From positions 37,510,001 to 37,554,143 of the forward strand of contig NW_025964361.1 of NCBI RefSeq assembly GCF_023055435.1: a DNA stretch of 44,143 bases, given 5' to 3'. Origin of the DNA: Haliotis rufescens (taxonomy: Eukaryota). This document shows positions 1 to 13,020 of the stretch, piece by piece. The notes under the pieces were generated by a model. The model was given only the letters and a program-made list of their open reading frames with translations, was not told the origin of the DNA and did no database searches. Each line of letters opens with the position of its first letter. The first letter of the stretch is position 1. A program made the position numbers and the translations under genes.

Positions 1-811
1 ATGTTGCACCGTTGTAGTACTGGACGGCTATCTAATGCGCAACGAGACAGTCCTCTGCTATATATATAACTTACTTCCTGGTTATACAGGTAGACCCCTA
101 ACTGCTTTTGGTATATGCGCAGTCGGCATACCTTCGCGTTGTTTTCATGGTATGATGGCTACCTGTGTCAAGGACAGACACGTCTACATGGCAACTATAC
201 TGCAACTAATGTTTAAAAATCTTACCCCGAATTAGTTCAACAGTACAGTACGATAAAGGTACCAAATGAAGTGTGTCGTATTCGAATCAGTTCCCCTCAA
301 GCTGGTAATAATAGTGAAATCAACTCCAACTTAGTTAAGTGTGTATATCGTTTAAAATTCAACTTATACGCCCTACTCCTTGGCGGCATCTTGGTCTCAA
401 CTCCGGCTGCTTCGAAGTACGGATAAGACTATATACTAGAATAAACTTCTAGTTAACGAAGTTTCTCTGCATGCTGTTTGTTTTGAAACAGCAAACAAAA
501 CATTTGTACTTTACAAACTTCAAGTATGGGTATACCGCTTCGTTAAATCATAAAATTTTCCAGGCCTAGTTTTGACTGAATACCCTGAAAGCCTTATTAT
601 GGTTGTACTTGTACAAATGTATAATACAGGCGTGGTACGGATGAAAATGTCCCATGTGCTGATGCGTGGATGTTTAACCTGTATATGATATGTCGCCAAC
701 GAATATATTATACACTACTGACATGTGATCTGAAAGGTTTTCAAGAAAGTTGTTCAACACGACTGCACAAACACTGTCGTGAGATGACATGTAATGCAGC
801 AGGCATGATCC

Positions 812-2508
812 TAGAACATCTCTCAGACTGTTGCATGAACACATACATTACAAGGTATACAGTAGAGAGGAACAGCTCTCACACATCTATATGTACACAT
901 ATAGTACAAGGTATACAGTACAGAGGGACAGCTCTCACACATCTATATGTACACATATAGTACAAGGTATACAGTACAGAGGAACAGCTCTCACACATCT
1001 ATATGTACACATATAGTACAAGGTATACAGTACAGAGGAACAGCTCTCACACTGTTGTATGAACACATACATTACAAGGTATACAGTACAGAGGAACAGC
1101 TCTCACACTGTTGTATGAACACATACATTACAAGGTATACAGTACAGAGGAACATCTCTCACACTGTTGTATGAACACATACATTACACAGTATACAGTA
1201 CAGAGGAACAGCTCTCACACTGTTGTATGAACACATACATTACACAGTATACAGTACAGAGGAACAGCTCTCACACTGTTGTATGAACACATACATTACA
1301 AGGTATACAGTACAGAGGAACAGCTCTCACACTGTTGTATGAACACATACATTACAAGGTATACAGTACAGAGGAACATCTCTCACACTGTTGTATGAAC
1401 ACATACATTACAAGGTATACAGTACAGAGGAACATCTCTCACACTGTTGTATGAACACATACATTACAAGGTATACAGTACAGAGGAACAGCTCTCACAC
1501 TGTTGTATGAACACATACATTACAAGGTATACAGCACAGAGGAACAGCTCTCACGCTGTTGCATGAACACATACATTACAAGGTATACAGTACAGAGGAA
1601 CAGCTCTCACACTGTTGTATGAACACATACATTACAAGGTATACAGCAAAGAGGAACAGCTCTCACACTGTTGTATGAACACATACATTACAAGGTATAC
1701 AGTACAGAGGAACAGCTCTCACACTGTTGTATGAACACATACATTACAAGGTATACCGTACAGAGGAACAGCTCTCACACTGTTGTATGAACACATACAT
1801 TACACAGTATACAGTACAGAGGAACAGCTCTCACACTGTTGTATGAACACATACATTACAAGGTATACAGTACAGAGGAACAGCTCTCACTCTGTTGTAT
1901 GAACACATACATTACAAGGTATACAGTACAGAGGAACATCTCTCACACTGTTGTATGAACACATACATTACACAGTATACAGTACAGAGGAACATCTCTC
2001 ACACTGTTGTATGAACACATACATTACAAGGTATACAGTACAGAGGAACAGCTCTCACACATATATATGTACACATACATTACATAGTATACATTACGTA
2101 GGAACAGCTCTCACACATCTATATTTACACTTATATTACAAGGTATACAGTACAGAGGAACAGCTCTCACACATATATATGTACACATACACTACATAAT
2201 ATACGTTACGTAGGAACAGCTTTCACACAGACATATGTACAAATACATTACATAGTATACATTACCTGGGAACAGCTCTCACACATATATATGTACACTT
2301 ACATTACATAGTATACGTTACGTAGGAACAGCTCTCACACATATATATGTACACTTACATTACATAGTATACGTTACGTAGGAACAGCTCTCACACATAT
2401 ATATGTACACTTACATTACATAGTATACGTTACGTAGGAACAGCTCTCACACATATATATGTACACTTACATTACATAGTATACGTTACGTACGAACAGC
2501 TCTCACAG
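812..2508. repeat. 56-bp minisatellite, about 30 copies
   Basis: Unit gaggaacagctctcacactgttgtatgaacacatacattacaaggtatacagtaca recurs every 56 nt (e.g. 1091, 1147). Confidence 0.97.
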
Positions 2509-3019
2509 AGCACACATTCTATGCCGTGTACCCCACGTATTAGCCGTGTATCCTGTTTTTTCTACAATGGGAAATATTGAATTACCTCCTACCTACATCT
2601 GACACAAACGTGCAGTAATTGGGAAACGCTTGACAAGCCCACCAGGACAATCTCTGTGCGTGGCTATTATCCATTAAAAGTACATTGAGGTAAAAAAAAG
2701 TATTAAATTTGAAACATGAAGAATAATTGTTCGCATGACATGCTGTATGCCTTGTAGACGTGACAAAGAGGATTATAGACCAAATGACGGCGAGGAGCCA
2801 GCGGTATCATCTTGTGAGGGTGACGGCACTACACCACTTAATTTCAAAGCATTCTCGCAAGACGCATCAATAAACATTGTGAACATACTCAATGTTGACT
2901 GGCAAAAGTATATCTTAAGATATTAAGTGTATCTTCTGTCTGTAAGTTTCGGTAGAAAACACTCTATTATAACTGTATATCAGGGTGACTCCCCATTGCA
3001 GTTTCATCTGTGAACACCT

Positions 3020-3129
3020 GAGTACCATTGTACAAAACAAGCTCAGCGCTAAGACTGTCGTAAGTCTATGTTAAGATATGGGAGTAACGATCACCTTAGC
3101 GCTAAGGTCGCTCTGTACAACGGCACCCT
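3020..3129. mobile_element. Small MITE-like element with imperfect TIRs of about 30 bp
   Basis: Left gtaccattgtacaaaacaagctcagcgctaag versus reverse complement of right end gtgccgttgtacagagcgaccttagcgctaag. Confidence 0.55.
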
Positions 3130-3477
3130 TGTCTGATAAAGTTTAGCTTGGAACACTGTCAACAACAAAACATGTTTTTCACATTAACCAATTTATAGAG
3201 CTATAAATATAGAAAATAAAAATAAAAAAATAGAAAAGGAGACACAATCAGGTGTACACTGTTCAATCTACGTTTGTCGATAAGACAAAACTCTTGTTGA
3301 TAGGTCCTTAATCAATACGATCTCCTCGTGATATAACGGGTGACAGGTGCTATAAATACTGAAAGCCATTACAATGATATCCGACACAACCAAGGCATGG
3401 TGTAAAGTCTTAACTGTCCCGTTATCAGTCATGTTTATGTTCTGGAAATGTTCTAAATGTACAGTCAGAAAAATAGT

Positions 3478-3707
3478 TGGTTGATTTGTTGTTTAACGTC
3501 GCACTTAGCAATATTTCAGCTATATGACGGCGGTCTGTAAATAATCGAGTCTTGACCAGACGATCCAGTGATTAATACCATGTTCATTGATCCACGCAAT
3601 TGGGATCTATGACATGTACCAACCAAGTCAGCTAGCCTGACCTCCCGATCCCGTTAGTCGCATTTTACGACAAGCATAGTCGCCTTTTACGGCAAGCGCA
3701 GGGGTTG
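3478..3707 (-). mobile_element. Short retroposon family B (no tRNA head), 5'-truncated
   Basis: Matches the other B copies; 12-bp TSD cagaaaaatagt at 3466-3477 and 3708-3719. Confidence 0.9.
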
Positions 3708-3744
3708 CAGAAAAATAGTATTCACCAATGAACCAATAAATGTG

Positions 3745-3985
3745 TTTTGTTTGTTTTGTAGTTCAACGACGTACTAAGCAATATTTCAGCATGTGACGTT
3801 AGCCTGTAAATAACCATGTCTAGACGAGACAAACTAGTGATTGATATTATGAGCAACGCTCCACACAGCCGAGTACGGTCCGTGACACTGACAGTCAGTT
3901 TACCGAGTCTGACTACCTAATACATTAAGTCGCTTTGTACGACAAGCATAGGTTGCTGGGGGCCCGTTGTAATTCGAATTTCCAT
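3745..3985 (-). mobile_element. Family B, old diverged copy
   Basis: Degenerate colinear match (gcaatatttcagc...tgtaaataa...gtcgc..tacgacaagcat). Confidence 0.7.
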
Positions 3986-4692
3986 CCATATAAATTAGTT
4001 CATGTCATCTAACCTATCTTCAACTGAACCAATCAAAGACATAGCTTTATTGAGTGTTCACGCCCTAGCCTTGTCTTATCTGTGGATGTCCACTGAATAT
4101 TCAATACAGACTCGGAGAGTCGGATCATTTACCTCATCATTTTGAATTCATTATCGTTTTGATAAAAGACTTCAAAACCATTTTGCAATTTTTTTCTTGT
4201 GAAACTATTTCATTGTTGAATGCTGCCAAATCAGTCTGTCTCAAATGTCCCTGAACCATATCATTATCCCTTCAACCTAGGCTTTACTGTTATGTTATTG
4301 TCTAAACGAAGCAAGTCTAGAGATTATTCACAGGTTTAGGCATAAAACCCCATCCTACTTGGGCTTCTTTTCAATTTAAATGTAGTTGTTTGATATCAAA
4401 ATTATATATTTTCATAGACTAGATGGTAGTCTAGCGACCACATATATACACCGACACTTGATTAACTCGGACAGCCTCAACTTGATGCAACGTAATAACG
4501 TTATATAGAATCCTCCCAATATTGACTATGGTCTAATTTATATTAGCCTCGGACTATGAAGACACATTTCCGACTTGGTGTTAATGCGGTTTCACAATGT
4601 TTTGTTTCAAATTATATTTTTGAACAGTATATTTGTCTAATTTTGAAACAGAAGAAACATACATCCACGTGTGGTGTATCATTAGGCAAGTG

Positions 4693-4941
4693 GTCCCCGG
4701 AAGATTCCGTGATAGAATTTGTCTTTAACAACCCAAGCATGTCGTAAGAGGAAACTAACGGTATCGCGTGGCCAGGCTCGCTGACTTGGTTGAGGCATGT
4801 AATCGTTTCCCAATTGCGTAGATCGATGCTCATGATGTCAATCACTGGATTGTCTTGTCCAGATTCGATTATTTACAGACCGACGTCACAGCTGGAATAT
4901 TGCTGCTGAGTGCGGCGTTAAACAACAAGCAAACAAACAAA
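4693..4941 (+). mobile_element. Family B, full-length
   Basis: 13-bp TSD cattaggcaagtg at 4680-4692 and 4942-4954; tail gcggcgttaaac(aaac)n. Confidence 0.92.
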
Positions 4942-5482
4942 CATTAGGCAAGTGACTTTGGTAGAATGAGAGAGTAGTGTGACGGTTAACCTTCTACAGC
5001 CTCACAGGCAGCATGGGTTGTATACTCAGGTAGCTGAGTATGAAAGTCGAGTGCTCACTGACCTTTGGTGGTGTGGATTTGGTGCATTGTCAGTATGAAA
5101 ATTATTTAGTATTTAGCGAATGACCCAACATCGTACCCCAGGAACATTGAGTGTATCGCTCTGAACTCTGGAACTGATCCAATTTCGTGAAGTATAGTAA
5201 ACATTCCTCGTGTGTGAAGAGGTACTCTGAATGTTTAGTATGTGTCTGCTCCAGGTGGGGGGCAATGCAAACACAGATCGAACTTACTTCAACGCTTATA
5301 TCCTTTGTAGAAAATTTCAATTGTAAATGTCGTCAATGCATAGACGTCTTTAAACATTTCATAATTTTCAAAATATATTGCAATACACATGTATCATATA
5401 ATACTATACACATATCTGGAACAATCACTGCCAATTACACAGAATGTACATTCAATTATGTTCCAGAATCAATTAACAAGTT

Positions 5483-5644
5483 GGGGCGGTCGGGTAGCCT
5501 AGTGGTTAAAGCGTCCGCTCGTCACGCCGAAGACCCGGGTTCGATTCCCGACATGGGTACAATGTGCGAAGCCCATTTCTGGTGTCCCCCGCCGTGATAT
5601 TGCTGGAATATTGCTAAAAGCGGCGTAAAACCATACTCACACAC
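5483..5644 (+). mobile_element. tRNA-derived SINE family A (tRNA-Asp-like head)
   Basis: A box TAGCCTAGTGG, GTCAC anticodon-like loop, B box GGTTCGATTCC, (ACTC)n tail; perfect 14-bp TSD tcaattaacaagtt. Confidence 0.95.
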
Positions 5645-6426
5645 TCAATTAACAAGTTAAAAGTTAACTGAGTTTATATACATGCAAATACAATTATTTG
5701 TTGATTATAGGGTTTTGTCTTTACAATGTCCAATATATATTTTTAAAAAGCGTGAACGCCTGAGAATAACCACCGAAACAGATTCTCATTGGGCGTTAAA
5801 GGCAAAACAGCGGTGAGAATTGTATGAATGGATCACTGAAAATCAATGATGACATTGTAAGCATGTCTTGCCCGACCGGCAACACCCGCCACTTACACCA
5901 TTTCATTAAAAAAAACATTAGTTGTGTGTTACCTCACAGCACTATGCTGTTATGCGACCGCGGCCTGTAAAATGGACCAGAAGATATATGGACTAATGTC
6001 ACAAAACCCATAACAGTAAAGTGCTGTCAGTTACTCGTGTGAGACTATTTAATGGCATGAGGCAGTTGAAATGTCCACGGATTGTTCATTACTAGCCTAC
6101 GTGATACCCCCCACAGACATCTGTTTTGTACGTGTGGTAAAACAGGTCAGGTTTAAAGGTGATATAATTCAATACCGTTATTATCGGTTTTCACATTGAA
6201 ATAACATGGAGAGACAGGTTGGTTGGTTGGTTGGTTGGGTGTTTTACGCCACACTCAGACACGGTTATTTACAGGCCGCCGTCACATATTGCTAAGTGTA
6301 AATAATAGACAAAGCTATTGAATCATCACTATTTGATTCCTAAACACGTGCCTATACTACAGTTGGCATCATACAATGGGGATAGTCTCACCCTTTTGCC
6401 GAACACCCCGGGTCATCGATGATTTT

Positions 6427-7037
6427 GGTAACCTCCCAAAACCCCTACATCCCATTTCCCCTACAGCTTAAGACAACAAAGTTCACGGTCCATGGCACTG
6501 CTAATCCCTAGTCTGTTACCTATTTCATACAATGGAACAACCCAAGAAACTCGAATAGATTGAGATAAATATTTAATTACGATTACGATATTATTCAAAA
6601 TTCATAATACATTATAATAAAATGTTCATTTTTCAAAATTCATAATACATTATAATAAAATGTTCATTTTTCAAAATTCATAATACATTATAACAAAATG
6701 TTCATTTTTCATCTCAACTGTAAATCGTCTCATCTCAGTTTCTCAGTGTAATAATTGTTTCTTCCTATTGTTATTTTTGTAATTTCTAAAAATTGTCTTC
6801 TCATCATACAGGCATCTTTCATTACACTTACATTAATTTTTTTTTTTAACTTTCCTTTAAGTCCCCTAATCCGCTAAAGCTCTACCCCTTTCATTTCTAC
6901 TACCTCTACTCCAGACCTTAATCTCTCCTTAAGGTGAGTTCATGATGCCAGACAGGTAAATGCCGCGTGTTGTTTTAACTAATTGTAGGGGAACTGGGTT
7001 GTAGGGAAATGGGATGTAGGGGTTTTGGGAGATAACC
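6427..7037. mobile_element. Non-autonomous DNA transposon (MITE), possibly Mutator-like
   Basis: TIR of about 40 bp: ggtaacctcccaaaacccctacatcccatttccc(c)taca, and its reverse complement at about 7000-7037; near 9-bp flanking duplication gatgatttt/attgatttt; internal 38-bp unit x3 at 6595-6710. Confidence 0.75.
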
Positions 7038-7643
7038 ATTGATTTTAAGTGGTCCGTACATAAAATGTTCACATAGTATTTTGGCCCTTTACGCCAAATG
7101 GAATCTGTTTTAGACGGATAATCTAGGCTGGTTATTCTCATGCATTGGAAATGTATATTTTAATTAATATGATCAGGGAAATTGTTTTGTTGCTTGTATT
7201 AAAAGGGTTAGTTGTCAGGTGCGGCGTAGTTTCGTAGTCGGGTAAACGAGAGAGTCAGTTTGGTTAAACGCCGCTTTGATCAATATTTAAGTGCTAGCAT
7301 TGCATGTCAGCTAAATGTGGTGGAAAAGCCCAAAGTGACCGTTGCAGGCGAGTACACGAGGGTACGAGTATTGTGCTGACAAATTAAGGATCTTAATCAG
7401 TTCCAATCTTGTGTTAGAGGCCAAAATTAGACGATTTTCAAACAGCGACGGGTTGGGGGATTGAAATACACGTACTCACCCTCTCCTCTTAACTAACATC
7501 GACTATAAACAACTATATACAATGTAAGGAGACATTGAGACATCGACACAATATAATCGCCAAAGTTGACACAGACACGTAGTGGCCTCCTTTCTTCCGT
7601 CTAGGAACTCTTGATAACAAATACTTTGTGGGGGGCTTGGGGG

Positions 7644-7724
7644 GGTTTAACGCCGCTTTTAACAGTATTCCAGTTCCGCGGCGTGGCAGCTTAATGTATG
7701 CGGAAAGCCCGAAGTCATGCAGGT
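7644..7724 (-). mobile_element. SINE family C 3' fragment (a more diverged fragment lies at about 7250-7348)
   Basis: Matches the tail of 15734-16017. Confidence 0.8.
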
Positions 7725-8209
7725 AATTTTGGTGTAAATCGTCTTCAATTTTTTTATATTTTCTGATTGTTTCGTGAAGTCTTCGATTAATGTTTACTCT
7801 TTACTCAATGATTTATTGAAAGCTGACCACCAATGCTTTCCGATAAACCCGGACATGAAGATATGCTTGAGACGGCTTAAGCTTGCAAAGTTGCCCGGTA
7901 TACAAGATACCAAAATAGTCACCCTGTTCAGACCTCTGCACATACCATTTTCATACAGGGAGCTGGCTCTTGTAATTCACGCCCTCAGTTCTCATGAAAT
8001 AGGCACATGTATAACTCTTCCCTCTGCCATTCCCCCACCCCTCATGCCTTGCCCTTTTTTAATACACCATCAAAGTACTTTTAAGGGTGATTCAATAACG
8101 AAGTCAATCCAGGAAGCTCATGCGAAGCGTCACACTGTCGCTACAAACAACCAGGTGAAGATTTGAAACCTTGCTCCTCTCACTCTTGTACTTCGTTGAG
8201 ACGCCCATA

Positions 8210-9432
8210 ATGGCGACGGCCGACACATTTCGATGTGAATTTTCGACATTTTCGACCTTAAAATGTAGATTATTGCCTTCGTACAAGAATGATTTGAGCG
8301 TCGGCAACTCGAAGTCACGCTACAAGGCCGTTCGCGCGCATTTTCGAAGGCACAACGTGCCTATAAGCGACGTAAAGACAGCATGGTAACTGGTCTGTCT
8401 CCGTGTGGGTTTGTTGGATCCCAAGGCGGAGTGAACTGGGCCGATTGAGTATTTGTCCTGTACATCGGTACAAACTGGGGCTGGGTCTAGTAAGTATATT
8501 TATTATCCACTGCATCCAGCCACAACGAAAAGTGTGCAGGGGCATTCGTGCCTTGGTCTCAACAGACGTTTTTGAGAATTAGAAAAACCTATATCCAGTT
8601 GGATCAGGATAGTTTGCCATTTGATAGCTAAGGATATATCCCGGCATTCCAAAGATTCTCTATTCTTGCTCCCAGGTACAATCGGGCAAGAAAATTTGTG
8701 ACCTAAAACTCGCGATGAAATCCCATATTCAGCGGTATGTCAACGAAGGACATGGAATCACCAGTCACATTAACTTTGCATGCGATTTTGTTTGTGTGTT
8801 GTTTAACGCCACATTCAGCAATATTCTAACTATATGACGGCAGTCTGTAAATAATCGTGTCTGGACCAGACGATCCAGTGATTAACATCATGAGTATCGA
8901 TCCATGCAATTGGAATACGATGCCATGAATAAACAAAGTCAGCTAGCCTGATCACTCGATCCCGTTAGTCGCCTCTTACGGCAAGCATGGGTTGGTGAAG
9001 ACCTGTTCTAACCCGGATCTTTACGGGTCCTTTGCATAAGACAAAAGACATTAATTTCTGAAGTGACTTACCATCTGCAGCTTCATCAAGTACTGTTTCA
9101 ATAGCTGAAGGATATATTGAACCTTGTTGGGACCTGAAGACGGCCAAGAAACACATGAGTTTTGTCAGTTGTTATTGAAAGAGTTTACGACGGGTGTGCA
9201 AACGGGCGCGAAAGAAGACCCGGCAGTAGTCTCGCGGAAGGTAAAACGGTTGCTCCCTCGGGAGCACTGGATGGTACCACAGCAAGTTCTTACATATTTC
9301 TCACGTTTGTATGCACAAAACAAGTGCAGTCGGCTGAGCAGCGTGACTGACGTCGAAAGCGACGAAGCCGCTATATCTGCGATCGACCGTTGCAATTTGC
9401 AACGAAAGGTTGTCAAAGCAGCAGAATTGTAG
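8210..9432 (+). pseudogene. Decayed, internally deleted DNA-transposon transposase (Sola3-like, tentative)
   Basis: N-terminal Cys/His segment CEFS..C...LVCLRVG...ICPVHRYKLGLG...C..P with stops and frameshifts; C-terminal segment EFTTGVQTGAKEDPAVV...QQVLTYFSRL (9124-9432); no catalytic core seen; family assignment from recalled motif resemblance only. Confidence 0.45.
8782..9029 (-). mobile_element. Family B, full-length, inserted in the transposase remnant
   Basis: Colinear with other B copies; probable TSD ctttgcat. Confidence 0.9.
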
Positions 9433-9519
9433 ATCACACAATGATTGCAATCAGAGCTTCGTACTGATGATGTTAAACTTTAGGTGTTTGTCTTTCAGAT
9501 GAACCTTTAGGTGTTTGTC

Positions 9520-9710
9520 TTTCAGGTGAACAATTGGCTTGCCTTTGTATGTGTTTGTGATGGGTTCCATCGGTGGGGCAGGATACGCTCACCTTTTCGC
9601 GAACACCTGGTATCATCACCAATTGACAGTGATTCATAAACACATGCTCATGATTCAGTCGGAATTGTACTATCGACTTTGCTTTTTTCAAGTTGTCTAT
9701 TTTCATTGGG
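9520..9710 (+). repeat. Unclassified interspersed repeat family E
   Basis: Near-identical to 39666-39830 (tgcctttg..tgtgtttgtga.ggg...gctcaccttttcgcgaacacctgg...cataaacacatgctcatgat). Confidence 0.8.
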
Positions 9711-10393
9711 GCTTTCGGAAAACACTGAAGTCGCGCCTATGATAAAAATGCTGGCCATTTCCAATGAGAGTTTGAGGGTGAGTGCTCTTCCTGTTATACC
9801 AAGTCTATCTCATGGTTAGGGTGTCGGACAGCGACCCAGGAGGTAACGATTCCCAGCAGGGCGGGTTGCTTCTTCATTAACATGCTAGAGGACTCTTGGA
9901 CCGGATCCCTAACCACTTAGTCTTGGCGGTACCAGGCCCGCATTACTCACCTCGCCCGCGTCTTGGCCTACGGAAATGACCAACAACTTTGTGTATCGCG
10001 TCGTGTCCGATGTTTCGCCAATTCTAGAGCATCGACTGCCACAACTGGACGCAATCCTCTTGGCCCAGTCAGTGACTTTTGTAAGGAAGCCTGACGTTCG
10101 CGCATCTTCAGGAAACGTGATAGCAGTTACGTAGGGCGCCGTAGGGTGGTGCTTTTGTACATTTCGACACCCAAGCGGCCGAATTTCCTCGCTCTGTCGA
10201 GATAAATCGTCACTCGCAGATTTTTTATCGAATATTGTACACAGGATTGCGTGCTATACGTGCTGAAAATTTGGAGATTCAAATCGGAATAAAGAATGTA
10301 ATACAAGGGGTACTAAAACCACGGTATATCTCAGAGATCAGTTGATGTTCAGTCTAAAAGATCTGGAGCTTGAAAGGCAAAACCATGTTGTAT

Positions 10394-10395
<2 letters not shown>

Positions 10396-10465
<70 letters not shown>
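10396..10465. repeat. (CA)n microsatellite
   Basis: About 35 CA units. Confidence 0.99.
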
Positions 10466-10467
<2 letters not shown>

Positions 10468-10657
10468 ATACCCTCAGACACAGTATTCTGACTCCGAGCC
10501 GACCAGTGCTTGTTTAAGCCCCCCAAATGCCGAGCGGCAGACAGGGTAACAAAAAGTACCATCTTTTAACGTCTTTTGGTATGACGCAGGCGGGGATCGA
10601 ACCCCGGACCTTCCGCTCTGCGGGTAGACGTTCTACCAATAGACCACGGAGGCGGTC
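10466..10657 (-). mobile_element. tRNA-derived SINE family D (Meta/MESC-like core), lacking its 3' part
   Basis: B box GGTTCGATCCC followed by gtcataccaaaagacgttaaaagatggtac; matches 17790-18135. Confidence 0.85.
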
Positions 10658-11532
10658 CAATTAAGCAGCTAGGAGTGCATATGAAGGGAGAGTTACAAAT
10701 AGGTCCCTTTTTGGACCACAGTATCTGCAAAATGTAAACCTTTACAGAACCTTTATGAAAGTAATCAGATTTAGATTTTGTCGATGATATCAGGTGTTGG
10801 CGAAACGTCACAAGCACAAGCATAGGCAAGGTTATTGTTCACCTGAAAATAAACGGATACAAGTCAAAATAGGGAATTGCATCGGACATATTTTGTCACT
10901 AATGGGTCAAATTTGCAAATGACTACCCTTAAACGTTTTGAAAGCTTTGCCGAGGCCTTGAATGGTGTAAACCTGATCACACAACTTAAGAGCAAGAGTA
11001 GTATGATACTCTTTGAATTCTTCGTAGAAAGAGCATGCTCAAAGAGGATATGGCTGAATGAGCATTTCTTGGATATGTTAAGTGATTTGTAACGCTATTC
11101 GATCAAGTCTGAGTAGTAACAGTATTAAAAGACTCTCGTTCAGGCCCGTCTTTGCTGTCAATGACTTGGGATATTGCATTGTACAATAATAACACCAATT
11201 TCTAAACTAGACCCACTTCTGATAATTTTACACATGTGTTTGCACTTCTAAGGAATTCCATTGTATACCTTCTGAGGTGCGAGGCGGATTAATGAGGCAT
11301 GGCTTTTCACCATTTTGACGTACACTATCTTTTATTGCTTTAATGCCACCGTCTAAAGCTGTGGGGTGTGAGCATGTTCCTCAGTGACCTGTCATGGGTA
11401 TGTGTGTCCTGGTGTTGACGGAAGATATTGTGAAGTCTGCATGTAATAGTATGCAAGATCAGAAGCCATATTTGGCTTGTCACATTTCAGAACTTTTGAA
11501 GTTGAAGAGACATTTGGATTTAAAAAGGACAA

Positions 11533-11703
11533 ATGTCTGAACAAGGGTCGTCCGCATCATGTCGCCTTTATGACCACGAGGTGGCGATGTACACGGGCTT
11601 CTTCAAGAAGGCGGACGCAAACAGTGACGACTGCCTCTCATTTCGAGAACTGGAAGCTTTGTGTCAGCAGCTCGGATTTAAACTCAGTAGGAAGGAAGTG
11701 AAG
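11533..11703 (+). CDS. EF-hand gene 1 (calmodulin-like, 156 aa), coding exon 1
   Basis: MSEQGSSASCRLYDHEVAMYTGFFKKADANSDDCLSFRELEALCQQLGFKLSRKEVK; EF1 loop DANSDDCLSFRE; phase-0 donor AAG|GTTGGT at the same position as in paralogs 2 and 3. Confidence 0.85.
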
Positions 11704-12873
11704 GTTGGTGGGCATCTGACTTAGGAGTTTGGAGATCCGGTGTATACGCTGGACTTAGTCAAATATATATTTCCATACAATTGGTATTGTTGAGGTGACT
11801 TGATTTGACAGGATGTTGGTGACATATGTTTTGCTACACGAAACATCATGGTAGTCTTCATATACCGATTGGGTACAGGTGGCGGAGGCAGTCCCTGAGT
11901 CCCCGGTTCCTGCATATCTTGCTCCCCTGTAAAATGTGATTCGTAAATTTAAAAAAGTATTATTTTCAGTTAGATTTTAAGTTTTCAGTTATATTAAGAC
12001 AATACTTAATGGGGCACAGATCTCTGACAATTCACCAGGACTGGTTGTTGCCTTAGTTATTGTTTTCTTTCCCCGTGGATACCCGGATGATATCCCAGAA
12101 ATCTCGGCAAGATCACGACCAGTGCTGCGCCAACCGTAAGCGCATTTGTCGCTTTTATTGATCGTTTTAGGGCGTATCGTTACCGTGGTCACCAAAATTT
12201 AATAATAAGGAAATGTAGGTATCTTTGGGGGTAGCATCGAGAATGGTGACGAAGTTTTGATAGGTCACCTGTTTGTATTGTGCGATTTTCGTTTACACTA
12301 TTTTGACTTATTTCACCTGAGTATTGACTGTAAGATATACACGCCTACAAACGAAAAGGCTTGAGAAAATAACGACTCTGTCTCACGTCGAAGAACTTCC
12401 CAACAAAAACGTAGAGGAACAAGAATGATTAAGAATGCAAATATCTTAAATACAACCGACCAAAGTTATATGTAAAATATTAGGCAATTACCTTGGTCGA
12501 GGAATGTATCCGTCAATATCCAAATAGAGAAAATATCCCATACATCTGCAGCTGTACAAAGACACTTGGTCGGTGTCACGTGTCTTGTTGACAATCTATA
12601 TCTAAAATCCAGAATATATATAGCGTTTCTGGATGTTATAACTTGTATTCGACTCTCAACCGGTCACGTAATTTTGTGTCAGGTGTTTCAAATAGGTGGC
12701 AAGTCTTGTTGGTCAGCTGAGGTAGCACACGTGACACTATTTTCATGTCCACGGTCCCTAAAAAAACCCATTGAGTTAGATAACAGTGGGCAATCGACGT
12801 ATTTTTGGTTAAGATATGGATGTATTCTGTCTGCTTTAGTAAATCTACACATGTAAACACTTACCCCTGACAA

Positions 12874-13020
12874 GACCCGTGGAGACCCGGGGTAGAATTG
12901 GTCTTCAACAACCCATGCTTGCCGTAAAAGGCGACTATGCTTGTAAGAGCGCGACTAACGGGACCGGGTGGTCAGACTCGCTGACTTGGTTGATGCATGT
13001 CATCGACCCCAATTGCGTGG
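12874..13020 (+). mobile_element. Family B, 5' half
   Basis: Starts gacccgtggagacccggggtagaattggtcttc. Confidence 0.85.

Noticed and set aside
812-2508. CRISPR-like appearance of regularly spaced repeats (also 31300-32104 and 34576-38357)
   Set aside because: No unique spacers, no cas genes and a eukaryotic context; these are plain head-to-tail tandem repeats
5483-5560. Functional tRNA-Asp gene (and the other family A heads)
   Set aside because: The acceptor and anticodon stems are imperfect, and each head continues into a shared SINE body and tail flanked by TSDs
10092-10120. Minus-strand CTGAAGA...GAAC hammerhead-like core
   Set aside because: It has GAAC rather than GAAA, and no supportable stems I-III
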